Of a stretch of DNA of 64,000 nucleotides, positions 39,052-49,820 are shown piece after piece; the stretch's first letter is position 1; every line of letters starts with the position of its first letter. The notes beneath the pieces are model-generated. The model did no database searches and was not told the origin of the DNA. It saw only the letters and a program-made list of their open reading frames with translations. Position numbers and translations under genes: made by a program. Origin of the DNA: Candidatus Shapirobacteria bacterium GW2011_GWF2_37_20 (GTDB taxonomy: Bacteria > Patescibacteriota > Microgenomatia > UBA12405); assembly GCA_000989305.1 (NCBI GenBank), contig LBTB01000006.1, positions 66,448 to 130,447 on the forward strand. The letters are read 5' to 3'.

Positions 39052-39534
39052 TTACCAACGCAAGTGAGCGAAAGCTTTATTGGCCTCGGCCATTCTTTCA
39101 ATTTCTTGGCGTTTAGCAATGGAAGAACCTTCATTGTTGAGGGTAGCCAAAAGCTCAGCCGCTAATTTTAGGGCAAAAGAATGATATTGCTTATTTGGTC
39201 TTTTGCGAGCAGAGGTTACCAACCAGCGAATGGCCAGTGAATATTGACGACTACCTCGGACAGGAGTAGGTACTTGATAGACAGCACCACCAATACGACG
39301 AGGACGAACCTCAACTTTGGGTTTGATGTTATCGAGAGCTTGTTCCAAGGTGGTAACAATATCTTCACTTTTACTTTCTTTTTGGAAAAGTTTCAAAGCT
39401 TCGTAGACCTGTTTTTGGGCGGCATTTTTGTTGCCGGCATACATAACTCGGTTGATGAGCTTGGTAATAACGATACTTTTGTATTCAGTATCGGGGAGAA
39501 CTTCTCTGATTTTTGTTTGACCTTTTCTTGACAT
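39052..39534 (-). CDS. rpsG: 30S ribosomal protein S7
   Basis: uS7 homology. Confidence 0.9.
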   Translation of the reverse strand: MSRKGQTKIREVLPDTEYKSIVITKLINRVMYAGNKNAAQKQVYEALKLFQKESKSEDIVTTLEQALDNIKPKVEVRPRRIGGAVYQVPTPVRGSRQYSLAIRWLVTSARKRPNKQYHSFALKLAAELLATLNNEGSSIAKRQEIERMAEANKAFAHLRW

Positions 39535-39540
39535 ATATTT

Positions 39541-39963
39541 TTAGGCTGAAGTTTTAACGGTACGTTTTGCACCGTACTTACTGCGGGATTGTTGACGACC
39601 GACAACAGCACCAGCGTCGTATTTACCGCGAATAACATGATAACGAACACCGGGAAGATCCCGAACACGACCGCCACGAATAGAGACAATGCCGTGTTCA
39701 GCTAAATTGTGACCGACACCGGGAATATAAGCAGTAACTGTAGCCCGATTACTCAACCTGATTCTGGCAACTTTCCGAAGAGCAGAATGAGGTTTTTTCG
39801 GAGTCATGGTTTTAACGACGGTAACAACACCTTTTTTCTGGGGATTGTAACTGTCGACACTGGTACTTTTAATACTGTTAAAATTGTCCCGAAGGGCGCC
39901 GGTTCTTAATTTCAGGCGTCGAACTTTTCGACATTTTCCGATTAATTGATTTAGAGTTGGCAT
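39541..39963 (-). CDS. rpsL: 30S ribosomal protein S12 (140 aa, with a ~16-aa insertion near the N-terminus)
   Basis: MPTLNQL start; PKKPNSALRK-like and [13 protein letters not shown] motifs. Confidence 0.9.
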   Translation of the reverse strand: MPTLNQLIGKCRKVRRLKLRTGALRDNFNSIKSTSVDSYNPQKKGVVTVVKTMTPKKPHSALRKVARIRLSNRATVTAYIPGVGHNLAEHGIVSIRGGRVRDLPGVRYHVIRGKYDAGAVVGRQQSRSKYGAKRTVKTSA

Positions 39964-39965
39964 AA

Positions 39966-42900
39966 TTATTTAATTTCCTGATCCTTTCCAACAGGAATCA
40001 GACGTCCGATAATAACATTTTCCTTTAGACCTATCAAGTGATCGACTTCAGCTAACAAGGATGCTTCGGTCAAAACTCCGGTAGTTTGTTGGAAGGAAGC
40101 GGCAGAAAGCCAAGAACCAGTAGTTAAGGAAGATTGAATCAAACCCAGAAGGACTTTGTGGCCCTTGGAGGGTTTTCCATCTTTACTGTTTTCTTTTACT
40201 TTATTGTTTTCTGCTTCATAAACAGGGCGAGTAACAATTTGTCCATAAAGGAAATTGGTGTCACCGGGGTCTTCGATTTTAAGTTTGTCGCTCATTTCGC
40301 GAACAATAACTTCGATGTGTTTATCGTGAATACCAATACCCTGAGACTCATAAACTCCCTGAATGGAATTAATAAGATAGCGCTGGGCGGCCTCTAATCC
40401 GGAAACTTCCAGAATTTCGCGAACATCTATTGGACCGGAGCAAAGCTGGGTCCCCTGTCCGACTAAGTCACCATCAGCAACTAACAAGGTAACATTACTG
40501 GGAAGCAGATAATTAATGGTTTTAGCCACATTATTTTTGTCTTTACCGGTTAATTTTAGTTCGTAGCCGTCGATATTCTCTTTGACCTTAATCTTACCGT
40601 TAATTTCGGCTAAAGGTGAAGGTAATTTCGGCATTCTGACTTCAAAAAGTTCCTGAATACGGGGTAAACCTTGAGTAACATCAACACCAAGAACACCACC
40701 AGTGTGTTTTGTTCTAAGAGTTAACTGAGTTCCTGGTTCACCAACTGATTGGGCGGCGATGACACCAACGGGAACTCCGAAACCAACCATCTCTCGGGTT
40801 GAAAGATCCCAGCCGTAACACTTACGACAGAGACCGATTTTTGATTTACAGGTCAAAGCAGAACGAACGTCAACAATTTTGACCTCGCTTTCTTCAATTA
40901 ATGCCTGAATATGATTGTCAACTAAAATACCTTTTTTAGCGATAATTTTCTTGTTTTTTGGATCAATGACATCGTTGGCCAATACCCGACCCAAAAGACG
41001 ACGACTAAAGAATTTTTCTCGGCCTTTTTCGTTTCTATCAATAGTCCAAAAACGAGTGGTACCACAATCATCTTCGCGGGTGATAGCAACATGAGAAGTA
41101 TCAACCAAACGACGGGTTAAGTAACCAGCGTCGGCAGTACGAAGAGCGGTGTCAGATAAACCCTTGCGGGTACCTCGAGCACCGGTAATGTACTCAAAAA
41201 CAGAGAGGCCTTCACGGAAATTGCTTTTGGTAGGTAACTGAACAATTTTACCAGTAGGATCAACCATAAGTCCACGCATACCTGAAAGCTGTTTGATCTG
41301 ATCTTTGGAGGCACGTTTGATACCAGCGGCAGAAACGATACGGATAGGAGAGTCGATATCCAGAGTGTCCCAAGTTTTTTCAGCAATAGATTCGGTAATT
41401 TCCATCCAAACGCTTTGACTAAGACGTTTTTTCTCATCGTTACTGATAAGACCCATTTTGAAATTATCTTCAATTTCGACAACGCGCTTATCGGCCCCAG
41501 CGATAATGGAATCTTTTTCTGAAAGATAACCCATATCCGGCATGGACAGGGAAAGTCCAGAGAGAGTAAAGCCGGCAAAACCGATATCCTTGAGTGAGTC
41601 AATTAATTTGACAGTTTTTAAGCGTCCAGAAATTTCAATTGACTTAACGATCAGGTCATTTAAGGCCTTGGAACCAGCCATGGGAGCATTTATAAATTCG
41701 AATTCTTTGGGAAGAATAGAATTAAACCAAACGCGACCGTAGGTGGTTTTAACAAGCTGACCATTGATTCTAACGGCAACTAATTCACGTAAAGCAACTT
41801 TTCCTGATTGATAGGCTAAAGTTAATTCCTCTTTATCACCCATGACAGATAATCCCTTATAACCCTCTTGGGTTTCTTTGGCGATATCAGCAGAAGCGAC
41901 AGAAGTAATGTAATAACAGCCTACAGCCATTTCCTGAGAAGGAATGGAAACCGGAGCTCCATCTGAGGGCTTGAGAAGATTCCTCGAAGGCAACATTAAT
42001 TTTTTAGCTTCTTTTTGGGCGGCGGCCGAAAGAGGTAAATGAACCCCCATTTGGTCTCCGTCAAAATCAGCGTTAAAGCCTTTACAAACACAAGGGTGAA
42101 GTCTAATGGCCAATCCATCGGTTAAAACCGGCTTAAAGGCCTGGATAGAAAGTTTATGGAGAGTAGGAGCACGATTCAAAAGAACATAAGTGCTTTTGGT
42201 AACTTTTTCCAAAATGTCATAAACCTCATTGACCCGATGGTCGATTAAGTTTTTGGCTGATTTAATGTTGGCTGCAAGACCACTGTCCATTAATTCTTTC
42301 AAAACAAAGGGTCGATACATTTCCAGGGCGATTTCTTTGGGAAGACCGACCTGATTTAGTTTTAATTCCGGACCAACAACGATAACGGAACGGCTGGAAT
42401 AATCGACACGTTTTCCCAAAAGATTTCTACGGAAACGACCTTTTTTACCCCGAAGTAGGTCTGATAGTGAGCGGGGTAAACGTTTACTGCTTTTGCGCTT
42501 GTTTTTGGAAGATTTTTGAGCATCGATAAGAATATCGACGGACTCTTGGAGCATGCGTTTTTCATTGCGTAAAATAATTTCCGGAGCACCTAATTTAATA
42601 AGTTTTTTGAGACGATTATTTCGGTTAATTAAACGACGGTAAAGGTCATTTAAATCAGAGGTAGCAAAACGACCACCGGTAAGCTGGACCATGGGACGTA
42701 AATCAGGTGGAATAACCGGTACAAATTGCATGATCATCCAGGCGGGATTGATATTATTTTCAATCATGCCGTTTAGGATCCTGATCTTGTACATGATCTT
42801 TTTCTTTTTAAGTTTTGAGCTGGTTTTAGCTAATTCTTTCTTTAGATTTTTGACAGTTTCCGGAAGATCAATCTCTTTTAATACTTTTAATAAAGCTTCG

Positions 42901-43706
42901 GCACCCATCTGGGCCTGATAGAAAATATCGGCCTTGAACTGGGCAAGATAAAATTCTTCTTCGTCAGTAAGGACGGAAAGAACTTCCATGCTTTTGATTT
43001 TATCTTCTAAAAATTTTATCAATGACTCGATGCGATTTTTTTCGGATGAAGCTTTGTTTTCAACTTTTTGAATATCCTGTTTAAGACGAACATCACGTTC
43101 TTCTTTGGCAATCAAAAGTTGGTCTTTATTTTTAATTTTATTGTCTAAGTCTTTCTTTTCTTTGGCTGTTTGAGTTTTATATTTCTCAATAGCTGCGGCA
43201 GAATCGACATCAATTTGTTTTTGACGATTTTCAGAATTAGTGGATAAGTTGTTGAGAGCTTCCTTTCTCTTGTCGTTGTCAACAGCAGTCACTAAATATT
43301 TAGTGAAGTAAACGACGGCCTCTAATTCTTTTTGGGGAACATCGAGAATGACGCCTAAGGGAGATGGAGTATTTCTTAAATACCACAAATGAGCAATAGG
43401 AGCGGCGAGGGCAATGTGACCCATGCGTTCACGACGAACTTTGGAAGTAGTAACTTCAACACCACATTTGTCACAAATAACACCCTTGAATCGGATTTTT
43501 TTGTATTTACCACAATAACATTCATAATCGCGACTTGGTCCAAAGATTTTTTCACAAAAAAGTCCGTCTTTTTCCGGACGCCAAGAACGATAATTAATGG
43601 TTTCAGGTTTTAAAACTTCACCAGTTGACCAGGATAAGATTTCTTCCGGAGAAGCAAGCTTAATCTCGATGCCGGTAAAGTCAAGCATATTTTTGAATTT
43701 AAACAT
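39966..43706 (-). CDS. rpoC: DNA-directed RNA polymerase beta' subunit (with a lineage-specific Lys/Glu-rich coiled-coil insertion of ~90 aa)
   Basis: NADFDGDQM catalytic motif, zinc-binding Cys motifs, trigger loop. Start set at ATG 43706 ([10 protein letters not shown]), with RBS AAGGAGGAA 8 nt upstream. Confidence 0.9.
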   Translation of the reverse strand: MFKFKNMLDFTGIEIKLASPEEILSWSTGEVLKPETINYRSWRPEKDGLFCEKIFGPSRDYECYCGKYKKIRFKGVICDKCGVEVTTSKVRRERMGHIALAAPIAHLWYLRNTPSPLGVILDVPQKELEAVVYFTKYLVTAVDNDKRKEALNNLSTNSENRQKQIDVDSAAAIEKYKTQTAKEKKDLDNKIKNKDQLLIAKEERDVRLKQDIQKVENKASSEKNRIESLIKFLEDKIKSMEVLSVLTDEEEFYLAQFKADIFYQAQMGAEALLKVLKEIDLPETVKNLKKELAKTSSKLKKKKIMYKIRILNGMIENNINPAWMIMQFVPVIPPDLRPMVQLTGGRFATSDLNDLYRRLINRNNRLKKLIKLGAPEIILRNEKRMLQESVDILIDAQKSSKNKRKSSKRLPRSLSDLLRGKKGRFRRNLLGKRVDYSSRSVIVVGPELKLNQVGLPKEIALEMYRPFVLKELMDSGLAANIKSAKNLIDHRVNEVYDILEKVTKSTYVLLNRAPTLHKLSIQAFKPVLTDGLAIRLHPCVCKGFNADFDGDQMGVHLPLSAAAQKEAKKLMLPSRNLLKPSDGAPVSIPSQEMAVGCYYITSVASADIAKETQEGYKGLSVMGDKEELTLAYQSGKVALRELVAVRINGQLVKTTYGRVWFNSILPKEFEFINAPMAGSKALNDLIVKSIEISGRLKTVKLIDSLKDIGFAGFTLSGLSLSMPDMGYLSEKDSIIAGADKRVVEIEDNFKMGLISNDEKKRLSQSVWMEITESIAEKTWDTLDIDSPIRIVSAAGIKRASKDQIKQLSGMRGLMVDPTGKIVQLPTKSNFREGLSVFEYITGARGTRKGLSDTALRTADAGYLTRRLVDTSHVAITREDDCGTTRFWTIDRNEKGREKFFSRRLLGRVLANDVIDPKNKKIIAKKGILVDNHIQALIEESEVKIVDVRSALTCKSKIGLCRKCYGWDLSTREMVGFGVPVGVIAAQSVGEPGTQLTLRTKHTGGVLGVDVTQGLPRIQELFEVRMPKLPSPLAEINGKIKVKENIDGYELKLTGKDKNNVAKTINYLLPSNVTLLVADGDLVGQGTQLCSGPIDVREILEVSGLEAAQRYLINSIQGVYESQGIGIHDKHIEVIVREMSDKLKIEDPGDTNFLYGQIVTRPVYEAENNKVKENSKDGKPSKGHKVLLGLIQSSLTTGSWLSAASFQQTTGVLTEASLLAEVDHLIGLKENVIIGRLIPVGKDQEIK

Positions 43707-43707
43707 A

Positions 43708-46700
43708 TTAGTTTTCCTCCTTTGAATCTTCAACATTTGTTTCAGTAACAACTTCTTCCTCGACAATTTTCATGCCAACGGGAGAAATATCAAGACCTAA
43801 TCCTGCAAGTTCTTTGGTAAGAACTTTAAAAGATTCAGGAATTGCCGGTTCGGGGATGGGCTGTCCTTTGATAATGGCCTGAAAGGCATGAGTCCGGCCT
43901 TCAATATCATCAGATTTAATAGTTAACATTTCCTGCAAAATGTGAGCGGCTTGATGGGCCTCAAGAGCCCATACTTCCATTTCTCCAAGGCGCTGACCAC
44001 CCATCCGGGCTTTTCCACCAAGAGGCTGTTGAGTAACCAGAGAATAAGGACCAGTAGAGCGGGCATGAACCTTGTCGTCAACCATGTGAACCAATTTCAA
44101 AATATAGCCAACACCAACAACTACTTCCTGGTCATAAGCATCACCGCTACGACCATCATAGAGTTTGGTTTTTCCGGTTGGATTCAGACCAGCGGCAATT
44201 AATTCTTTACCAATTTGATCTTCACTATATTTTTCAAAAACCGGAACGGCATACTTTTTATTAAGACTGTAGCCGGCTAAACCTAAAGTAACTTCAAGGA
44301 CTTGGCCTAAATTCATACGAGCAATAACAGAAAGCGGAGACATAACTAAATCAACAGGAGTACCATCGGCTAAATGAGGCATGTCATACTCGGGCATAAT
44401 ACGACAAATAACACCCTTATTTCCATGACGTCCGGCAATTTTGTCACCTTCCTGAATACGACGAATTTGAGCGACATAAACTTTAACCACACGGTTAACA
44501 CCGGGGTCAAGTTCATCACCCTCTTCTTTTCCTAAAACCTCGACCTTGATAACGACACCACCCTCACCATTGGGAACACGAAGAGAAGTATCTTTAACTT
44601 CACGGGCTTTTTCGCCAAAAATAGCACGAAGCAGTCTTTCTTCGGCACTTAATTCTTTCTCGCCGCGGGGCTCAACCTTACCAACCAGAATATCATTTGG
44701 GCCGACGGTGGCGCCAATCATAACAATTCCATCATCGGTTAATTTTGCCAATTCGGCTTCGGAAACATTGGGAATATCTTTAGTTAATTCTTCAGTACCA
44801 AGCTTGGTTTCAACAACATCAGCCTTATATTCAAAAATTTGAATGTTGGTTAGAACATCCTGTTTAACTAAACGGTCAGAGATTAAGAAAGAATCTTCGT
44901 AACCCAAACCATCGATTGAAGCGTAAGCGACTAATAAATTACGACCGATGGACAATTCACCTTCGGAAGTAGAGGGGCCGTCAATTATTGCGTCACCCTT
45001 TTTAACTTTGTCGCCAACATTAACTAAAACCCGCTGGTTGTAACAGGTACCATAAGGGGAGGTTCTTTCGAATTTACTGACGGGATAAACCATATCGTCG
45101 ATAATTACCTGGTTGGCGTCAACAAAAGTTACAGTTCCATTGGTTTTGGCTAAAATACAGCGATTCATGGCAGAAGCAACGATAGATTCCATACCAGTAC
45201 CAACAATTGGTACTTCCGGTTGAATAAGAGGTACAGCTTGAGTCTGCATGTGAGAACCCATGAGGGCACGGGTAGCATCGTCGTGATCTATAAAGGGAAT
45301 CAAAGAAGCAGAGGCACCAACAATTTCGCTGGGAACCATATCAATGAATTCAACCTGATCGATGGGACCTTCAGCAAACTCACCTTGAAAGCGGATGGGG
45401 ACCCATTTTTGAATAATGGTATTATCTTCAATTTTGATACCAAGATGGGTAATTTGGTGATTATATTCATCTTCGGCATCCATATAAATGACGTCATTGG
45501 AAAAAGTATATTTTTTACCAGTTTTAACGATTTTTCTAAAAGGAGCTTCGATAAAACCATATTTATTTACTTGGGCATAGAGAGCCAGGTAGCTAACCAA
45601 ACCAATGTTTGGACCCTCAGGGGAACGAACAGTACAAATACGGCCATATTGAGAAGAATGTACGTCACGAATAGAGAAGGCAGCCCGTTCTCGGGTTAAA
45701 CCGCCAACACCAACCACGGTAACACGGCGAAGCAAATCAAGTTCAGCTAAAGGATTAGTTTGATCCAAAATTGCGGAAAGTTGATTGCTTCTGAAAAAAG
45801 TATTTAAAGAAGAGATTAAGGGCTGGGGATTAATCATTTGAGAGGGAGTTGGTTTTTCTTTGGTAGAAAGCAAACTCATTCTCTCTTTGACCATGCGCTC
45901 AAAACGGGCCATAGCTGGACGAAGAGCAACCTGGGCGACGATTTCACCACAACGTCTAAGACGACGATTGGCCAAGGAGTCAATATCATCAAAATGTTTT
46001 AGTTCACCTTTTTGTAATTTGATTAATTGGCGAATAGTGGAAATTAAATCTTCCTTTTTAATGACCCAATTTTCTTTATTGGAATCAGAAAAATCAAAAC
46101 CGAATTTCTTGTTAATTTTGTAACGACCAACCTGACCTAACTCATAGGTATGAAGGTCAAAGAAACGATCTTTAAAGAATTTTTCAGCATTTTCAAGAAC
46201 AACAGGTTCACCGGGTCGAAGTTTTCGATAAAACTCAAGATAAGCCTCTTCCTGACTTTTAGTCGGATCGGCAGAAATAGTAGCATTGATATAATCTCCG
46301 AACTCACCGACCAATTGTTTGTCTAATAGTCCGCAAGCGGCACGTAAAACAATGGTGGCAGGGACTTTCTTTTTACGATCAATACGGGCAAAAATAACAT
46401 CTTTCTTTCCAATGAAGAACTCCAACCAAGAACCACGAACGGGACGAATCTCCGCATTACAGAGAGTTTTGCCGGTGGCAGGATCGATTTCTCCGGTGAA
46501 ATAAACACCAGGAGAGCGGACAAGTTGATTGATGACTCCCCTTTCAATACCATTAACAATAAAGGTAGCTTCAGGAGTCATGGTGGGAAGATTGAGTAAA
46601 AAGACGTCTTCTTCACGGACTAAACCAGTTCTTTTGTTAGTTAATTTGGCTTTGGTGTAAACAGGAATAGTATAATTTAGGCCCTTAAGTCTGGCGGTTT

Positions 46701-46920
46701 CGGGAGTAATGGTTACCTTATCAAAAAATAATTCACCCAACTCTAAGAGCCAGTTATTTCCGGTATAGTCGGAAATCGGGGAAATGGAACGAACAGTTTC
46801 TTCAAGATCAGTTTTTAAAAATTTTGCCCAGGATTCTCTTTGGACAGCGAGTAAATCTAAAACAGGAATTTGGGGATATTTCTTCCCCCAGCTAATTCTT
46901 TTTGCGGATGGCATCGACAA
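43708..46920 (-). CDS. rpoB: DNA-directed RNA polymerase beta subunit
   Basis: Full-length beta homology, 1070 aa; rifampicin-cluster region present. Confidence 0.95.
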   Translation of the reverse strand: MSMPSAKRISWGKKYPQIPVLDLLAVQRESWAKFLKTDLEETVRSISPISDYTGNNWLLELGELFFDKVTITPETARLKGLNYTIPVYTKAKLTNKRTGLVREEDVFLLNLPTMTPEATFIVNGIERGVINQLVRSPGVYFTGEIDPATGKTLCNAEIRPVRGSWLEFFIGKKDVIFARIDRKKKVPATIVLRAACGLLDKQLVGEFGDYINATISADPTKSQEEAYLEFYRKLRPGEPVVLENAEKFFKDRFFDLHTYELGQVGRYKINKKFGFDFSDSNKENWVIKKEDLISTIRQLIKLQKGELKHFDDIDSLANRRLRRCGEIVAQVALRPAMARFERMVKERMSLLSTKEKPTPSQMINPQPLISSLNTFFRSNQLSAILDQTNPLAELDLLRRVTVVGVGGLTRERAAFSIRDVHSSQYGRICTVRSPEGPNIGLVSYLALYAQVNKYGFIEAPFRKIVKTGKKYTFSNDVIYMDAEDEYNHQITHLGIKIEDNTIIQKWVPIRFQGEFAEGPIDQVEFIDMVPSEIVGASASLIPFIDHDDATRALMGSHMQTQAVPLIQPEVPIVGTGMESIVASAMNRCILAKTNGTVTFVDANQVIIDDMVYPVSKFERTSPYGTCYNQRVLVNVGDKVKKGDAIIDGPSTSEGELSIGRNLLVAYASIDGLGYEDSFLISDRLVKQDVLTNIQIFEYKADVVETKLGTEELTKDIPNVSEAELAKLTDDGIVMIGATVGPNDILVGKVEPRGEKELSAEERLLRAIFGEKAREVKDTSLRVPNGEGGVVIKVEVLGKEEGDELDPGVNRVVKVYVAQIRRIQEGDKIAGRHGNKGVICRIMPEYDMPHLADGTPVDLVMSPLSVIARMNLGQVLEVTLGLAGYSLNKKYAVPVFEKYSEDQIGKELIAAGLNPTGKTKLYDGRSGDAYDQEVVVGVGYILKLVHMVDDKVHARSTGPYSLVTQQPLGGKARMGGQRLGEMEVWALEAHQAAHILQEMLTIKSDDIEGRTHAFQAIIKGQPIPEPAIPESFKVLTKELAGLGLDISPVGMKIVEEEVVTETNVEDSKEEN

Positions 46921-46977
46921 ATTTAATGAATATAGGTAAAAGACGAGTTATGTTCCAACCGCTCGCCGAATGTGGGA

Positions 46978-47006
46978 ATTATATACTCATGCCTTACATA
47001 TAACAA
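46978..47006 (-). promoter_or_regulatory. Candidate sigma70-type promoter for rpoB: -35 TTGTTA (47001-47006), 17-nt spacer, -10 TATAAT (46978-46983)
   Basis: Read directly on the minus strand; ~55 nt upstream of the rpoB ATG. Confidence 0.35.
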
Positions 47007-47016
47007 GGGGGAAAGA

Positions 47017-47568
47017 TTAGAAAGTAGATTTCATCATGGTTTCTTGGTCCGAGGTGTAGTAGAAATCACAGAGTGATATTTCCGAGGTTGTTTGATCCGA
47101 TTCAACGAGAACATCCAGGTGTTGATGATTTTCATCTGGGGTACAGTCAGCTGAGGTCATGGTTTTAGCACATTTATTGTAATATCCAGCAGATCCTCCA
47201 CTACCTACCTCAAACTTAAAATGATAAATTCCGGGGCTTAAGGGAAAAGAAAATTTAGAGGAAGGGTCAACAGCCGTACCATCGTACTTCTGAGTAAATG
47301 TTTCGCCTGTGGAAATATTTTTAGCAACAATGGTACCTGGTGGGATACCCTCAGAGGGATAACACAGATTACCCGTGACCGTTCCCTTTTCACTATTTAT
47401 AGAATCAGTGGGGATAATAGTTGGGGGCATAGTCTCTACCGGATTTATTTCATTTTGTTTGGTTGGGGATATTGATTTTGATTTGTTGGATTCTTTATTT
47501 AGTAAATATAGAGTTGAAGTGAAAAAGATAGCTACTAAAATTATGAGAAAGATGGTGGATTTTTTCAT
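47017..47568 (-). CDS. Hypothetical secreted or membrane-anchored protein (N-terminal signal/TM, 4 Cys)
   Basis: N-terminal hydrophobic segment IFLIILVAIFFTSTLYLL. No recognisable domain. Confidence 0.5.
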   Translation of the reverse strand: MKKSTIFLIILVAIFFTSTLYLLNKESNKSKSISPTKQNEINPVETMPPTIIPTDSINSEKGTVTGNLCYPSEGIPPGTIVAKNISTGETFTQKYDGTAVDPSSKFSFPLSPGIYHFKFEVGSGGSAGYYNKCAKTMTSADCTPDENHQHLDVLVESDQTTSEISLCDFYYTSDQETMMKSTF

Positions 47569-47571
47569 GGA

Positions 47572-48720
47572 TTAAAGAAATTTAAAGGAAAATAGAATCT
47601 GAGCAGTAAGTATTTCAAGTTTTGTATCTGCTTTTGTCGCATTAGTTATAATGGTTAAATTTGAAAGTGAATTATTGTCAAACTCATACCATAAAGTTTT
47701 TTTGTCTTGTGAAAGATAGTTATTGTCTTCTTCAGAACTAGGAATAACTTTGGTCGAGAATAAACCATTTGATGGCGAGTAGTCTAATGTAATTTTTTTG
47801 TCAGCAAAAATTGGACCAAAACCGGCTGGGTCGATGATAATCGATATTTGATAATTATTTTTAGAATCAGTTAACTCAAGTGCTGTTTTTGGCCCACCTT
47901 GAGTTTTGGTTTTTGGTAATTCATCAGAAATTGAAAAAGTATTTGGATATTGAAAACTGATGTTGTAAATTTTATTACTGTAGGTTTTCCAGTCTTTGGG
48001 AATGGCGGAGGTGGTGGCGGATTTTGTCGGCTCACAGGACATGGCGGTACAGGCGATTTGAAGATTTTCGTCACAAGAGCAGGAATTGCAACCATCGGTA
48101 GCCGGGAAAGATTCACCAACAGTATAAGTCTGTCCGTTTACTTCACAAACACCGACCGGGGCAAGAGTTGGCGAAGAATTGGTCGGAGGATTTTTGGTAT
48201 CGGAGAGAGATTTTTGAGAGTTTATAAAAGAAAAAATAATGGAAACCAGAACAATGATGAAGACAAATAAGGAAAAGAAAAAGAGATATTTAAAAAAATG
48301 ATTTTCTTTGGGGGGAACTAAATCAGAAGACTCGGGAGGTAATTCCATTGGAGTCTCGGGGGTAGTAATGGCCTCAGGAGCCGGAGGGGTAGTTAAATTT
48401 AAAGGTTCAGGTGTTATTTCAGGCTGGGGTTTAACTTCAATTTCCGATTGTGGTTTAATTTCAACTTCTGGTTCCGATTTAGGCTGGACTTCAATCTCTG
48501 GTATCGGCTGGGGATTAACGGGAGTGGCATTCTCTGGCTTGGGATCAATTTCAAGTTTCGACTCAGGAGTAAGCTCAGAATCTAAAAGCGGTTCCGGCTT
48601 TGGGGTCGATTCTAATTCTGGTTCTGGTTTTAGGGTTGGGGGTGCTTCGGTTGATTTAATGCTGTCGGCGTATTTGTCTAAAATATCTTGGTAGTTTGGT
48701 TCTGAGGCAGTATCTGTCAT
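47572..48720 (-). CDS. Single-pass membrane protein: cytoplasmic Pro/Glu-rich tandem-repeat region, a TM helix, and an extracellular VWC-like cysteine-rich module
   Basis: Repeat units (EPKPE, EIEVKPQ). Cys pattern CEVNGQTYTVGESFPATDGCNSCSCDENLQIACTAMSC matches the VWC arrangement C-x3-G-x2-Y-x2-GE-x-F-x4-C-x2-C-x-C-x8-C-x5-C. Confidence 0.5.
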   Translation of the reverse strand: MTDTASEPNYQDILDKYADSIKSTEAPPTLKPEPELESTPKPEPLLDSELTPESKLEIDPKPENATPVNPQPIPEIEVQPKSEPEVEIKPQSEIEVKPQPEITPEPLNLTTPPAPEAITTPETPMELPPESSDLVPPKENHFFKYLFFFSLFVFIIVLVSIIFSFINSQKSLSDTKNPPTNSSPTLAPVGVCEVNGQTYTVGESFPATDGCNSCSCDENLQIACTAMSCEPTKSATTSAIPKDWKTYSNKIYNISFQYPNTFSISDELPKTKTQGGPKTALELTDSKNNYQISIIIDPAGFGPIFADKKITLDYSPSNGLFSTKVIPSSEEDNNYLSQDKKTLWYEFDNNSLSNLTIITNATKADTKLEILTAQILFSFKFL

Positions 48721-48776
48721 GAAATAATATTCTCATTTTTCGGAAGATGGTGCAACTATGATATAAATAAGCGCGG

Positions 48777-49820
48777 ATGAAAAAGATATTTATTAAAACT
48801 TTTGGCTGTGCTCAAAACGAATCTGATTCGGAAAGAGTTAAGGCGTTTTTTGCGGAAAAAGGTGATGTTTTTGTTGAAGACTGGAAAGAAGCAGATAAGG
48901 CGGTTATTAATAGTTGTGTAATTCGGGAATCAGCCGAAAACAGAGTTTACGGACTAATTGATAAAATTAAGAAATTTAACCCTAAAATAGAGATAATTTT
49001 AACTGGATGTTTGGTGCCGATTACGAAAAAGAAAATCACTGGTGTTGATCAAATGTTGCCAATTAAAGAGATTAGTTTTGATTTGGAACCATTGCGAGAT
49101 AAAAAAAGAGCCGCTCTTGTTACCATCAGCTCTGGATGCAACAACTATTGTTCTTATTGCATCGTCCCCTACGCGAGAGGTAAAGAAATATCCCGCAAAA
49201 TGGAGGATATTTTAAAAGAAGTTGATGAGGCGATGGAAAAAGGATTTGAAGAAGTGGTATTGATTGGACAAAACGTTAACTCTTATGGGGCTGATTTTGG
49301 TGATGAAAGTAGTGTCTCAATGGGGAAAAAAAGAATAAAAAGTCTTTTTCCAAAATTATTAGAAGAAGTGGCAAAAAGAGCACTAAAGAAAGTGTCTTTT
49401 ATCAGTAGTAATCCGTGGGATTTTTCGGATGAATTAATTGAAGTAATAGCTAAATACCCAAACATTGACCGGTTATTACACCTTCCTTTCCAGTCAGGAG
49501 ATGACAAGGTGTTAAAAAATATGAACCGGGGTTATAGCAAAGAAGAATATTTAGACTTGGTAAGTAAAATTAAAAAACATGTTCCGGATGTCAGATTCTC
49601 AACAGATATCATTATTGGGTTTCCGGGAGAAGATGAAAAGGCCTTTCAAAATACGGTTGATGTCTGTAAAAAGGTTGGATTTGAAATTGCATACCTTAAT
49701 AAATATTCCCCCCGCCGGGGAACAGTGTCAGCAAAACTTTACAGAGACGAAATCCCGATGGCGGAAAAAAAGAGAAGGTGGAATGTTTTAAATGAGCTGG
49801 TAAACAAAAAATCAGAGTAG
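48777..49820 (+). CDS. MiaB/RimO-family radical SAM methylthiotransferase (MTTase N-domain plus radical SAM core; no C-terminal TRAM domain)
   Basis: IKTFGCAQNESDSE N-terminal MTTase motif; CNNYCSYC radical SAM motif. Only 347 aa. Confidence 0.7.
   Translation: MKKIFIKTFGCAQNESDSERVKAFFAEKGDVFVEDWKEADKAVINSCVIRESAENRVYGLIDKIKKFNPKIEIILTGCLVPITKKKITGVDQMLPIKEISFDLEPLRDKKRAALVTISSGCNNYCSYCIVPYARGKEISRKMEDILKEVDEAMEKGFEEVVLIGQNVNSYGADFGDESSVSMGKKRIKSLFPKLLEEVAKRALKKVSFISSNPWDFSDELIEVIAKYPNIDRLLHLPFQSGDDKVLKNMNRGYSKEEYLDLVSKIKKHVPDVRFSTDIIIGFPGEDEKAFQNTVDVCKKVGFEIAYLNKYSPRRGTVSAKLYRDEIPMAEKKRRWNVLNELVNKKSE

Noticed and set aside
48300-48700. Repetitive GGTTC/GGCTT-rich DNA that looked like a tandem-repeat or CRISPR-like array
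   Set aside because: The repeats are short, imperfect and in-frame. They encode the Pro/Glu-rich repeat region of the 382-aa membrane protein, with no spacer-repeat periodicity.
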